The position numbers and the translations under genes are program-made. DNA of 32,034 nucleotides, taken from assembly GCA_031763465.1 (NCBI GenBank), contig JARFOE010000001.1:20258906-20290939 (forward strand). Reading direction: 5' to 3'. Every line of letters starts with the position of its first letter. Position 1 is the stretch's first letter. Below are positions 12,566 to 23,582 of this stretch, piece after piece. Source of the DNA: Squatina squatina. Taxonomy: Eukaryota. The notes under the pieces were generated by a model. It did no database searches. It worked only from the letters and a program-made list of their open reading frames with translations, and was not told the DNA's origin.

Positions 12566-13542
12566 GTAATTGGAATGGATTTATAATAAGGTTCAGCACA
12601 AATAAATTAATATTATTCTGTGCCGAGTAGGCTAATGTAAAGTAACCACTTTCATAGGAGTTGAGCAGATTTTGAACAGATGGGGAGATTCAATTAAAAT
12701 GCTATTCTGATGGATCAGCATGAGATTGCATTTTACTGAACAGCTATTTTTAGAATTCTTTTCCTTTAGAACATTAAATTCCTGNNNNNNNNNNNNNNNN
12801 NNNNNNNNNNNNNNNNNNNNNNNNNNNNNNNNNNNNNNNNNNNNNNNNNNNNNNNNNNNNNNNNNNNNNNNNNNNNNNNNNNNNNNNNNNNNNNNNNNNN
12901 NNNNNNNNNNNNNNNNNNNNNNNNNNNNNNNNNNNNNNNNNNNNNNNNNNNNNNNNNNNNNNNNNNNNNNNNNNNNNNNNNNNNNNNNNNNNNNNNNNNN
13001 NNNNNNNNNNNNNNNNNNNNNNNNNNNNNNNNNNNNNNNNNNNNNNNNNNNNNNNNNNNNNNNNNNNNNNNNNNNNNNNNNNNNNNNNNNNNNNNNNNNN
13101 NNNNNNNNNNNNNNNNNNNNNNNNNNNNNNNNNNNNNNNNNNNNNNNNNNNNNNNNNNNNNNNNNNNNNNNNNNNNNNNNNNNNNNNNNNNNNNNNNNNN
13201 NNNNNNNNNNNNNNNNNNNNNNNNNNNNNNNNNNNNNNNNNNNNNNNNNNNNNNNNNNNNNNNNNNNNNNNNNNNNNNNNNNNNNNNNNNNNNNNNNNNN
13301 NNNNNNNNNNNNNNNNNNNNNNNNNNNNNNNNNNNNNNNNNNNNNNNNNNNNNNNNNNNNNNNNNNNNNNNNNNNNNNNNNNNNNNNNNNNNNNNNNNNN
13401 NNNNNNNNNNNNNNNNNNNNNNNNNNNNNNNNNNNNNNNNNNNNNNNNNNNNNNNNNNNNNNNNNNNNNNNNNNNNNNNNNNNNNNNNNNNNNNNNNNNN
13501 NNNNNNNNNNNNNNNNNNNNNNNNNNNNNNNNNNNNNNNNNN

Positions 13543-13685
13543 GCAGGAAAGGTGAGAATCCCTATGCACCACTAAATGTTGTGGCTGACTTTGCTGGAGG
13601 TGGAGTTATGTGTGCCATGGGTATAATCCTAGCTCTATACGAGAGAATACAATCTGGAAAAGGACAGGTCATCGACGCGAGCATG
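13543..13685 (+). CDS. AMACR: AMACR exon 3 (5' part in gap)
   Basis: [47 protein letters not shown]|gtgagc; catalytic Asp in ADFAGG. Confidence 0.96.
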
Positions 13686-13974
13686 GTGAGCTGATACTTT
13701 AACTACAAAAACCTTAAAACTTCTAACCTGATATTAACGGGGAGGCGGGAGAGCCCGACAACAAGCGATGAACACTGCAAGCAGATTCGACTGTATATTT
13801 TTGTTGCATGATGTTTCTTTAAATACTTTTTGTTTAAAAAAAGAGTTACATGCACTCGGAGATGTGGGTGAGAATGAAGTTTGACTAAATCCTGTTGTTA
13901 TTTTTTTACTTTAAATGTGCCTGGTTTTTATTCCAGGTTTCTTTAGTCAACTGAAGTTATAAGGAAAAAAAACC

Positions 13975-14137
13975 CAAATCATGCAAATGCTGGAAATCTC
14001 TAAACAAAATCAGAAAATGCTGGAAACACTGAGCAAGTCAGGCCGTATCTGCAAAGAATAGGAATATTTCGGGAATAGCGCTTCATTACTTGCTGCCTGA
14101 CTTGCTAAGTTTTTGCAGCAATTTCTGCTTTTGTTTG
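13975..14137. repeat. Short interspersed repeat with inverted arms; family uncertain
   Basis: cagaaaatgctggaaacactgagcaagtcagg pairs with cctgacttgctaagtttttgcagcaatttctg; related remnants near 1790 and 7800-7865. Confidence 0.55.
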
Positions 14138-14409
14138 AGATTATAAGGAATTGCCCACCTTTGATTTCTCAGAGGCAGTGGGAGATCAGAGAGTGCATCT
14201 CTCAGGGGCATTAGGGAACCATTCACGAGGGCACTGGGGAAACTTTCTCTTTTCCTGATACCCAGTCTACCCTTGCCAGTGAGTAAAATCTTATTATAGG
14301 CTCCCAGTNNNNNNNNNNNNNNNNNNNNNNNNNNNNNNNNNNNNNNNNNNNNNNNNNNNNNNNNNNNNNNNNNNNNNNNNNNNNNNNNNNNNNNNNNNNN
14401 NNNNNNNNA

Positions 14410-15295
14410 GATATATTTTTAAAAATGGGATCCTAACGAAGTGGTAGGAGCTGCAAAAAGGCAGTACAAGAAAAAACTTGTGAGGGATAGCGAGGACAAC
14501 AACATTTTACAAGTATATTAAGAGAAAAAGGGAGACTAAGAGTAATGTGAACCCCTTAAAGATCGACACAGGTGATAATGAAATTGAAAATCAGGAAATG
14601 GTAGACAGACTAAATAATTACCTTGTGTCAGTCTTTAGACAGTAGAGAATGAGGATAATGTACTAGAGATACAAGGTAAAGTAAAAGCAAATCAAAGGGA
14701 GGAATTTACTAGATTTAATATAAGTAAAAACATGGTAATGGAGAAAATAATGAGACTAAAGCTAGACTAATCTCCAGGACCTGATGGTTTCCATTGCAGA
14801 GTATTAAAAGAGGTAGATGAGGAAATTGTAAATGCTTTAGTCATGATCTTCCAAAACTCTCTCGATTCAGGAATTGTCTCCGTGGAGTGGAGAATTGCCA
14901 ATGTTACTCCACTAATTAAGAAGGATAAGAGAGATAAACTAGGAAATTATACGCGTATTAGTCTAACATCTGTTGCAGGGAAGTCACTTGAATCTATTAT
15001 TCGGGACCGAGCGACTGAGCACTTGGACAAACATGAGCTGATCAGAGAGCCAGCATGGATTTGTAAAAGGTAAGTCATGTCTAACGCACCTAGTTGAATT
15101 GTTTGAGGCGTTAACTAACATGGTAGATAAGGAAGAGTCTATGCGTGTTGTTTATATGGACTTTCAGAAGGTATTTGGCAAGGTCCTGCATTAATTATCT
15201 CCAATTCCATGAGAGCACATGGAATTGGAGGCATCCTATTGACACAGGTAGGGAATTAGTTAAGAGGTGGGAGACAGAGAGTAAGGATAATGAAT
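14410..15295 (+). mobile_element. CR1 LINE ORF2 fragment (linker plus reverse transcriptase), inactive
   Basis: SPGPDGFH.RVLKE...WRIANVTPLIKK...GNYTRISLTSVAGK...QHGFVKGKSCLT...VYMDFQKVF, with stops and frameshifts. Confidence 0.92.
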
Positions 15296-15426
15296 ATAAC
15301 AACATATAAATTGGAGCAGGAGTAGGNNNNNNNNNNNNNNNNNNNNNNNNNNNNNNNNNNNNNNNNNNNNNNNNNNNNNNNNNNNNNNNNNNNNNNNNNN
15401 NNNNNNNNNNNNNNNNNNNNNNNNNN

Positions 15427-15595
15427 AATCTTGGCTGACACTTCAGTGCATTACTGAAGGAGTCTCAACAATGCAGCATTCCCTCAGTACTGCACTGAAG
15501 TGTCAATCAAGGTTTTTGAAAATTAAACTGAAACTCCTAAAAGCCTGCTCAGATCCCATGGCAATATTCAAAGAAGAGCAGGGAGTTCTCCTGAT
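15427..15595 (+). mobile_element. Deu-domain SINE fragment, rearranged
   Basis: gctgacacttcagtgc... and agatcccatggcaatattcaaagaagagcagggagttctcc match the other SINE copies. Confidence 0.75.
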
Positions 15596-15737
15596 GATAT
15601 TCACTTTTTAATAAGAACCCTTCAAAGTCGGCTCATTCTGAATTCAATGCTAGGATTGTTTTTATTTTCTGATCTAGATTTGACAGTTTCTCCTTGTGCG
15701 ATTAATCCTGTGACTAGCTTTCTGTATGTCATTGTAG

Positions 15738-16147
15738 GTCTCGGCTTGGATTCCACCAAACTTCCGCCTCAGATGAGCCAGTCTGACTGGCCAGAGTTGA
15801 AAAGAATTTTTACAGAAGCATTTGCTGTCAGGAGCCAAGAACAGTGGACTAAGATCTTTGATGGGTCTGATGCTTGTGTCACTCCTGTTTTGTCTTTCCA
15901 AGAAGCGTTCAATCATCCACACAATCGAGAAAGAGGATCTTTTATTACTGATCTGGATGGACAAGTCAGCCCGAGACCAGCTCCTCTTCTGTCCCGGACC
16001 CCAGCCACAATCAGTCTGGAAAGAGACCCGGAAATAGGAGAACACACAGAATCTGTGTTAACTGAATATGGATTCACCAAAGAGCAGATAAATAAGCTGC
16101 AGTCTGCTGGGATTATTGAATGCAATAGATCAAAATCTCGTCTGTAA
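15738..16147 (+). CDS. AMACR: AMACR last exon (exon 5), ending in -SRL
   Basis: cattgtag|GTCTC; GLGLDSTKLPPQMSQSDWPELK...DACVTPVL...PRPAPLLSRTPA...GEHTESVL...KSRL*. Confidence 0.96.
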
Positions 16148-16183
16148 CACAAATTTATATCCATTACTGCATTATATTAAGGC

Positions 16184-16189
16184 AATAAA
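16184..16189 (+). terminator. Candidate AMACR polyadenylation signal
   Basis: aataaa about 36 nt after the stop codon, followed by T/G-rich sequence. Confidence 0.45.
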
Positions 16190-16574
16190 ATTTAGTGCCT
16201 TAGTACAGTGAAATGATTTGTCACTTTTAATTTTTTTTTAATTCAAGTTGAACAGTTGAGCCAAATGTTTTCTAACATAAGCATCTACACAAAACAAATT
16301 AACGCTCTCGTATGCTTTCAAAAATTTGGAAANNNNNNNNNNNNNNNNNNNNNNNNNNNNNNNNNNNNNNNNNNNNNNNNNNNNNNNNNNNNNNNNNNNN
16401 NNNNNNNNNNNNNNNNNNNNNNNNNNNNNNNNTTTCACAAACCTATGACTGCTGAGACTGTAATATTTTTTCTGGGAAGACCTGCGTCATAAGAGAGCAG
16501 GAGATCCATAAATATTTCTGCTGCTGTCCCCGACGAGTTATATGTGTGCAAGACTCAAGTGAAAAAAGAAAGCC

Positions 16575-16986
16575 ATGACCCGTTTAACAGCGCTGCCCAA
16601 GGACGACATCACCAAACTACCTCAATCTCAGGTGTGGACCGGCAGCAAGCCGGATGAGGAGAAAATCGAGCTGCCGGAGCCTCCCAGGAGGTCCTCGGTC
16701 CGGCTGATCATGCACAGCCTGGTGATGTTTGGAAGGGAGTTCTGCTACGCCGCAGAAGGGGCTTTCGTGACCCCGGTGCTGCTAAGTGTCGGGCTCCCGA
16801 GCAGCCTCTACAGTGTGGTATGGCTCATCAGCCCCACTCTGGGCTTCATCCTGCAACCCATCGTCGGCTCCGCCAGCGACTACTGCCGGTCCAAGTGGGG
16901 CAGGAGGAGACCCTACATCTTGGCCATCGGGGTCCTGCTGGTGCTGGGGATGACCCTGTTTCTGAACGGAGAAGCCTTGGTAACAG
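16575..16986 (+). CDS. SLC45A2: Membrane-associated transporter protein (MATP) exon 1
   Basis: [17 protein letters not shown]...[11 protein letters not shown]...[23 protein letters not shown]; 412 nt, ends in phase 1 at CAG|gcaagt. Confidence 0.95.
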
Positions 16987-17362
16987 GCAAGTAGCATTCT
17001 TCGAAACTTTATAATACGAACATTGGTAGAACTGTGCGAGGGTCAGAGATATGGAACCGCAGCCTTGTCTCAAACCACTCTCACAAAACTTTTAAACCTT
17101 AATATTTCACGTTATTCTCACGGGCTCAAAAGTCTCGCTTTTAGTAGTCCAAAACAACATTAATTTCTCACTAACGATATCCGCGGTTGAATAGTAAATA
17201 CAGAAAGTGTTAACGGTAAATATTGCTTACACTTGTTAATTTTCCTTCAAAAGGGTGCAGGAATACATGAAAATGTGCACTGCAGATCTACACATTAAAA
17301 TAACAACTCAAATGTTGAAGAACCTCCTTAAGACTAATGATCTGATTTAAAATTTATTTCAG

Positions 17363-17539
17363 CTACAATAAGCGACAGGAAGAAAAAGCAAATTTGTGGT
17401 ATCCTTATTACTGTTCTCGGCGTGGTCGTCTTTGACTTCTCAGCTGACTTCATCGAGAGCCCCATCAAAGCTTATTTGTTTGATGTCTGCTCCCATCAGG
17501 ATAAAGAGAGGGGCTTACACTTCCACGCACTGCTAACTG
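17363..17539 (+). CDS. SLC45A2: SLC45A2 exon 2
   Basis: ttatttcag|CTACA...ACTG|gtgagt; 177 nt; [40 protein letters not shown]. Confidence 0.96.
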
Positions 17540-18085
17540 GTGAGTGCATTCCTTTCAATCCTGTCAGTTGGCTGTGTGTAATTGTCACGAGTTTCTCCTC
17601 TACGTTAGCAGAACTCAACTCGTGATCTTGTCAACCAGAGGCAGAAAAAGGCACAAAAAATGAGCAAACTTTCAGGTGTAAAAGATTTATTATTTCTGAA
17701 ACCACTTTCAAACAATTGACTATATGTAGTCTGCAGGTGGAGCGAGGTTCAGGAATAGTTGGACCCCTCCCTCCCCATATAATTTAGTCCCATTTTTAAA
17801 GTCACACATTCTGTCCTTATTCCCATGATAAATTTCAGTGTCCATATTTGCAATGAAAGCATATGGAGCTGCAATGCTGCTGGTGAGGTTGGCAACTGCA
17901 GTTGGCTGTATTCCTGGAGCTTTCATCACATGACTTTGGGCCCCCACACTCCTGCCATTAGACACCGAACCCATCCATCCTCATGNNNNNNNNNNNNNNN
18001 NNNNNNNNNNNNNNNNNNNNNNNNNNNNNNNNNNNNNNNNNNNNNNNNNNNNNNNNNNNNNNNNNNNNNNNNNNNNNNNNNNNNN

Positions 18086-18285
18086 GGCCACCAGAAATGC
18101 TCCCCTGCTCTTCTTTAAACAGTGCCATTGGACATGAACAAGCAGATTAGGCTTAACATCTCATCCAATAGACTGCACCTCTGTCAATAGAAATGTCAGC
18201 CTAGTGGATATATGCAAGCTTCGCAAGAGTAGGGCTTGAACCCACCACCTTCTGACAAAGGTGAGAGGGCTATCACTTGAAATAA
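18086..18285 (-). mobile_element. Deu-domain SINE, 5' part, degenerate
   Basis: Reverse complement contains the core (gcactgtttaaagaagagcagggg) and a B box (gggttcaagccc). Confidence 0.65.
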
Positions 18286-18435
18286 GCATACGAGCGACTT
18301 TTAAGTGCTTAATAAAAAAAAGCACTTGATTTTCCATTTCGCAGATGAAGAGAATAGCATTTTTTTTCCCAACAGCAAAGGATGTTCATATTTTTATGAT
18401 ATTTTTCACTTAATCTCTTTATTTAAACGTTCCAG

Positions 18436-18559
18436 GTAGTGTATAATGGTGATCCATATGCAGAACACAACTCTACCTCATACATTTCTTACGAGCGAGG
18501 TGTTGAACTAGGATGCTGGGGTTTGTGCATTAATGCCATTTTTTCATCAATCTATTCGT
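18436..18559 (+). CDS. SLC45A2: SLC45A2 exon 5
   Basis: gttccag|GTAGTG...TCGT|gtaagt; 124 nt; [41 protein letters not shown]. Confidence 0.95.
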
Positions 18560-20755
18560 GTAAGTCCCAGAGATTGAATCCTTCACTGTGTTTTCTGCAT
18601 ACTAAGTGCCTCTTTGCTTTAATAATATTGAGAATAACCCATTCTGAGTCTTTCCTGCTAAATACAAACTCTTATTTAAATATGATTATATGTGAGTTAG
18701 TAGCAATAACAGCTAATCAAAGTATTGTGATTTTAAAAATGTGATCAGCAATTTTATAAACATTTTGTTTCCTGTCCTTTTGACTCAAGATGTTTGCACT
18801 CTCCTTTACACTAATTTTGATCAGTAATTAGTGATTTGCATTTTCAGTCACTCGGGTTGGAATCCAGTCAATATCTTTCATTATTATTAATTTTCTGCCA
18901 CTTATTAATATAAAATTAAAGCAAATTTAATGTAAATGTCTTTTATGTTTAAGTGCTATTAATTATAATTATTTCTTTAAGTTTCTAAGGTGTATATCTT
19001 CTGCATTTTTCACTTTTTTTAAAATTATGATTGAGATTATTTAAAAAGTAGCCTATTCAAGACTCATTCAGTGCAATTATTTGTGAAATTACTAACTGGA
19101 AATATTATCAGATTATTCTCCCTATGTTATAGTACAACCTATGGTCAGGAGCCCACTACAAAAATAGATTTTTGATCTGGGTATAATACATTTAATAAAA
19201 TAAATATGGAAATAATTTAAGAGTAAGTTTCAATTCAAACATAATCACTGATAAATATACATAAAGGGTGCAATTTGTTAGCGGCGCATTGGCAGCACTC
19301 GCTGCCAGAAAAAGGTTGAGTTAGCGCCGGTAGTGCAGGCCTGCCAAAAATCGCAGCATTCGACTCTTTAAAAATAAATCCATGGCGGCGTTGTTGGAGG
19401 TGCTAAGCACCTGACTTGGTGCTCTGCAGGAGCGATGTACTCCAGTCTGCCGGCAATTCTGCCTGCCGTTCATAGTGTATTAAGCAGAACTTAATGCACT
19501 GCAGCCCTTAAAGGTTTTTGCAGTCGATGTCTAAGGGGTAGCAAACCTCACAGCAAATGGGCAACTACACAACCAAATGCTTAAATCACTGCTCTTTGGC
19601 CCAAATACGCTGGTGAATACTTTCAGCTACTTTGGTGTGAATTGGCCGATAAAAATGCCTCTCGCGCAGCCAATTTCAAATACCATTGGCGTTTCCGTGT
19701 TCGGGCAGGACAGTGACAGCTTCAGCTGTCGATGTCACCACNNNNNNNNNNNNNNNNNNNNNNNNNNNNNNNNNNNNNNNNNNNNNNNNNNNNNNNNNNN
19801 NNNNNNNNNNNNNNNNNNNNNNNNNNNNNNNNNNNNNNNNNATACATAGGAAACTATAGCAACTTATAATGATATCTTCAAAATACTGAGGCCAAAATAC
19901 GTTTTCATCAAATCGATAAAAGAAGCCGATGATGATAAACCACAAGAAGCACTGTTCCCGACTCAACTCTTTGAAAGCTTCTAAAAACTCAGACAACAAT
20001 GAACAACTGTCTCTACTGTAATGGAGAAACAAGGATAGGAATTGACCACAGTTATGAATCGATCTTAACGGCCTGATCTCACTCACATAAATGTTCCCGG
20101 AGTCCCAGCCAAACCTGGCCGATGGGCGGCAGTGGGGGTGGGGGCACCCATAAGCACTGTTCCCGGCAGTCAGTAGGAGGAGGGGTCTGGAAGCAGTGGT
20201 GCAGAGGTAGTTGAGGGTGGGGGGGTTCCCACTGCAAATAGCGGGAGGCTCAGGCTGGGGAGGCTCACGGAATCCTTCTCCTGCTCCTCCTGGCCCACAA
20301 GGAGTTCTGACAAAAGTAATTGTAAAAATAACTTGTGCTGTCCTCTTCTGGCCAGATGGCGTCGCCTCCCACCGTCAGGCAGCAGACAGTGCGGGACTCC
20401 CTCTGGCTTTTCGTTAAAGATGTCATTGGGCCAGGATTTTTGATTTTAAAATAGGTCATCACCTGCCTGTAGCCTTGATCGACTTGAAAGTCGGCAAAGG
20501 TGAAATGGAGCTGAGCAGGAACGGAGCAACATCAGGATGGTAAGCTAGTTCAATCTAATCCTAACCCCTCCCATGCACCATTCTTGCTGGGCAAGTGCAG
20601 GTAAAATCGAGACTCTGGTTTCAACACATCAGCAATGCTCAAATTTTCCTTTATATAAATTTAAATGGGAGCATTTGTAGTAGCCATTTTCCAGAAAAAA
20701 AAGGTCTAACAAAAAGTAGAATATCCCTCCAAATCTTTCATCACACTGTGATCTG

Positions 20756-20801
20756 GAGGAAGATAAATTTGAGTCACAGAGGAAGATAAATTTGAGTCAC
20801 A
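20756..20801 (+). repeat. Perfect tandem duplication, 2 x 23 bp
   Basis: gaggaagataaatttgagtcaca occurs twice in direct succession. Confidence 0.9.
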
Positions 20802-21845
20802 GAAGAACCGAATAACACATGTGACATGAATAGCTTTCTAGTGTCAGAAACCATAATCTTAACTGTATCCAATAACTATGCGCTTATACCAGAGCAGCTG
20901 GCCAGTAAAATATAGCTGTGACCTCACAGCAGCTGTATATGTACACTGTCCAACTATACCAGTTGTAATCAGAATATGGCCATGGGGTCATTTGAGGTAC
21001 ATCTCCCATTTATCTCTAGCCCTTTAGCAAACTTGTTTGCTCCATGTGCCTTTAGAGCTCCATTATTGACCTGCCAGCCTATGCTATACTGACTGAGCTG
21101 GCATTTAATGCTGTTTGCTTCCTTTTTCCATATTCTTCAATGCTGTAAGGAAAGAGCACTATTTGAGCTGGCATGTAGCACGAGTAANNNNNNNNNNNNN
21201 NNNNNNNNNNNNNNNNNNNNNNNNNNNNNNNNNNNNNNNNNNNNNNNNNNNNNNNNNNNNNNNNNNNNNNNNNNNNNNNNNNNNNNNCGAAACCAATGCT
21301 TCCAAGGTACAATATTGTTACTTTTTTTAAAAAAAAACAAAAGCTGGAGTGCCTTATTTCGTTGGTTTTGATGCTGTATACTAAAGGAGTTGTACTTGGC
21401 CTCGACCCGATTTCTGGTACTATTTCACAATAGTTTCACAAAATATGATTTGTGTTCACTTTCAGTAGGTTTTGACTGGTAGTTTTGCTATTAATTCGGA
21501 CCCAGTGCGCGGATATCCGCTGCTCGGCTGATTTCGTGTCGATAAATTGACCGGACAAGCAGATCTTTGGAAAAGGGAATCTTGCCCCTGAAGTAACTTT
21601 TGGTGTTGGGAATTGGCAGTGCTGCAGTTTGAACGGCATATCGATTAACGAAAACGGTAACCTCGTCTTCATAAACAATTGGACTAGAGTGGCAAAACGC
21701 TAACAACTAGCATTTGTGAGTTAACAGGTGTAAAATTAAACCGACGCACACTTACACCAAATGATCCCTTTACACTGATTTTAGAAACACAAAATATCGT
21801 CCCTCTGGAAAAACAGAGCAATTTAGCCGTCCCACTCAGAGACTT

Positions 21846-22115
21846 CTAATACCGGCGGTCCACAGAGTTGGCGGGCAAGATGTCATATCGACCATTGTAC
21901 ATCACAACCCCTGGCGGGTAGTACAAAATCTCTGGCGGCACGGGGTTGATCTGAATTATGGCATGTCTCTGATCATCTTGCTCTTGCTTGGTGGTGGCTG
22001 TGAAGGGGCGCATGTGTATAATGGTTGGGGAGGTTATCCTCCAAAACATGCCCTTCAACGCCTTCCTAAACTCCCTCCTCATCAGGCAGTACAGGATAGG
22101 GTTCAGGCAGCTGTT
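21846..22115 (-). CDS. RXFP3: Relaxin-3 receptor RXFP3, end of TM7 and C-terminal tail to the stop codon
   Basis: [28 protein letters not shown]....MRPFTATTK...[17 protein letters not shown] matches the RXFP3-specific tail; syntenic position and strand. Confidence 0.9.
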   Translation of the reverse strand, partial: NSCLNPILYCLMRREFRKALKGMFWRITSPTIIHMRPFTATTKQEQDDQRHAIIQINPVPPEILYYPPGVVMYNGRYDILPANSVDRRY

Positions 22116-22459
22116 GGTGTAGCCCAGGGCGATGCAGAAGTGCCAGGCCACAGCCGCAAAGAGGGTGGCCGGGATCTTCACCAGGGCCCGCAGGATGACA
22201 TAGATGTGGATGGGCGTCCAGCAGATGATAAAGACGGCCACCACCACCAGGACCATCCGGGTGATGCGCCGGAGGTTCCTGTCCTTCTCCTTCGAGCCGG
22301 ACAGCATACGGACGCTCTTCAGGCGCAGGATCATCAGGCCATAGCACACGGTGATGATCAGGACCGGCATCACGAAGGCGAAGATGAAGACACAGATCCT
22401 CAGGAGGTTGTCCCAGTACCAGGAAGGGTGCGGGAATTTCAACGTGCAATCTGTTACTC
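22116..22459 (-). CDS. OPRM1: Mu-opioid-receptor-like exon 3 (ECL2 Cys to TM7), in frame with the RXFP3 tail
   Basis: caattttag|GA GTA ACA GAT TGC, a phase-1 acceptor at the opioid exon 3 position; [40 protein letters not shown] and [13 protein letters not shown] are mu-type. Confidence 0.85.
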
Positions 22460-22547
22460 CTAAAATTGAACGTGCGGGCAGGAGAAAAGCAGAAACAGTT
22501 GAATAGTTGGCCTAGTGCATAAACGGGCTTGTAGACAAACACACCAA

Positions 22548-22620
22548 CAATGAATGGTGGAGCAGACTTGAGGCGCCGAATGGCCTACTCCTGCTCCTAA
22601 TACATCTGTTCTTTTGTTCA
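22548..22620 (+). mobile_element. CR1 LINE 3' tail remnant
   Basis: tgaatggtggagcagacttgagg..ccgaatggcctactcctgctccta followed by tgttc repeats. Confidence 0.65.
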
Positions 22621-23582
22621 TCCCGCCTGAAACCATGTGACCTCCTGGGAGATGCAGAATTCCTGATCTACAACCAGGCCAATTTAGGGGAAAAAAATCT
22701 GGGCAATTCCTCCCTTAACCCCTCATCGATTGAAATTAGCCTAGGAGATCACTCTGGCACTAATAATGGCCCTGAAATTGAGATCGGAGGCTTCCTGCAA
22801 GTGGAGGCCTCCGATCGCAAAAATCTCTATGAACTTACCTGACAGCCTGGGATCCACGTAAACTTCCTGTCTTCTGCCCCCACAGTTGGGCATGTGCAGT
22901 GGGGCTGTGCTGTGTCGCCTCCAAGTCGTTCGGAGAGACTGGAGAGGTCACATGGGAGGCCCCAACCAATCAGGTAGGAGTATCTCTCATTCAAGCTTTG
23001 ACAGANNNNNNNNNNNNNNNNNNNNNNNNNNNNNNNNNNNNNNNNNNNNNNNNNNNNNNNNNNNNNNNNNNNNNNNNNNNNNNNNNNNNNNNNNNNNNNN
23101 NNNNNCCCAGTATAAATTCCGACCATAGGGGACCTACATTTGTCTTCACTAATCTTTTTCTTTTTACTTACTTGTAAAAGCTTTTACAGTCCGCTTTTAT
23201 GTTCTAGTGGGTTATTGTGCAGAAAAAAAACAATGGGCACCCTTGCATCTTGTGATTGCTGTGTAATGACTGGAGATATGGAGAGCTACATCATGTAAGA
23301 TTTTGTGAATTGAAGTGAATCACTACTGCCGTCACACATGAGATGTAGCTGTCAATGCAAATTATATCTTCATATTTCCACAATAGCTGTGACTATTTGT
23401 TCAAACCCACAAGCTATTCTTAATACTTTAATCCATTAATCAATGAAGCAGCTTACATGGCGGCCTGCCTTTCAGGATGCTATTGTTGGGTTGCATCTAG
23501 GATACAAAACACCCACATGCACGATATCCACCTTAATCAGCCTGTGCTCTGGCTCTAATTAACATTTTGAAGCCTGCCTTAA

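Noticed and set aside
12720-13694. Long ORFs of 268-330 aa here and at 26427-27428, plus many X-containing ORFs
   Set aside because: Artefacts of translating through N gaps.
21963-22542. Antisense and alternate-frame ORFs over the GPCR coding segments (also 23533-23958 and 16782-17073)
   Set aside because: Shadow ORFs expected from GC3-rich coding DNA; no recognisable protein.
22768-22830. Hairpin gatcggaggc...gcctccgatc and other GC-rich patches (19265-19740, 20090-20620, 21490-21720)
   Set aside because: They look like non-autonomous interspersed repeats, but I cannot define boundaries or family, and there is no evidence of function.
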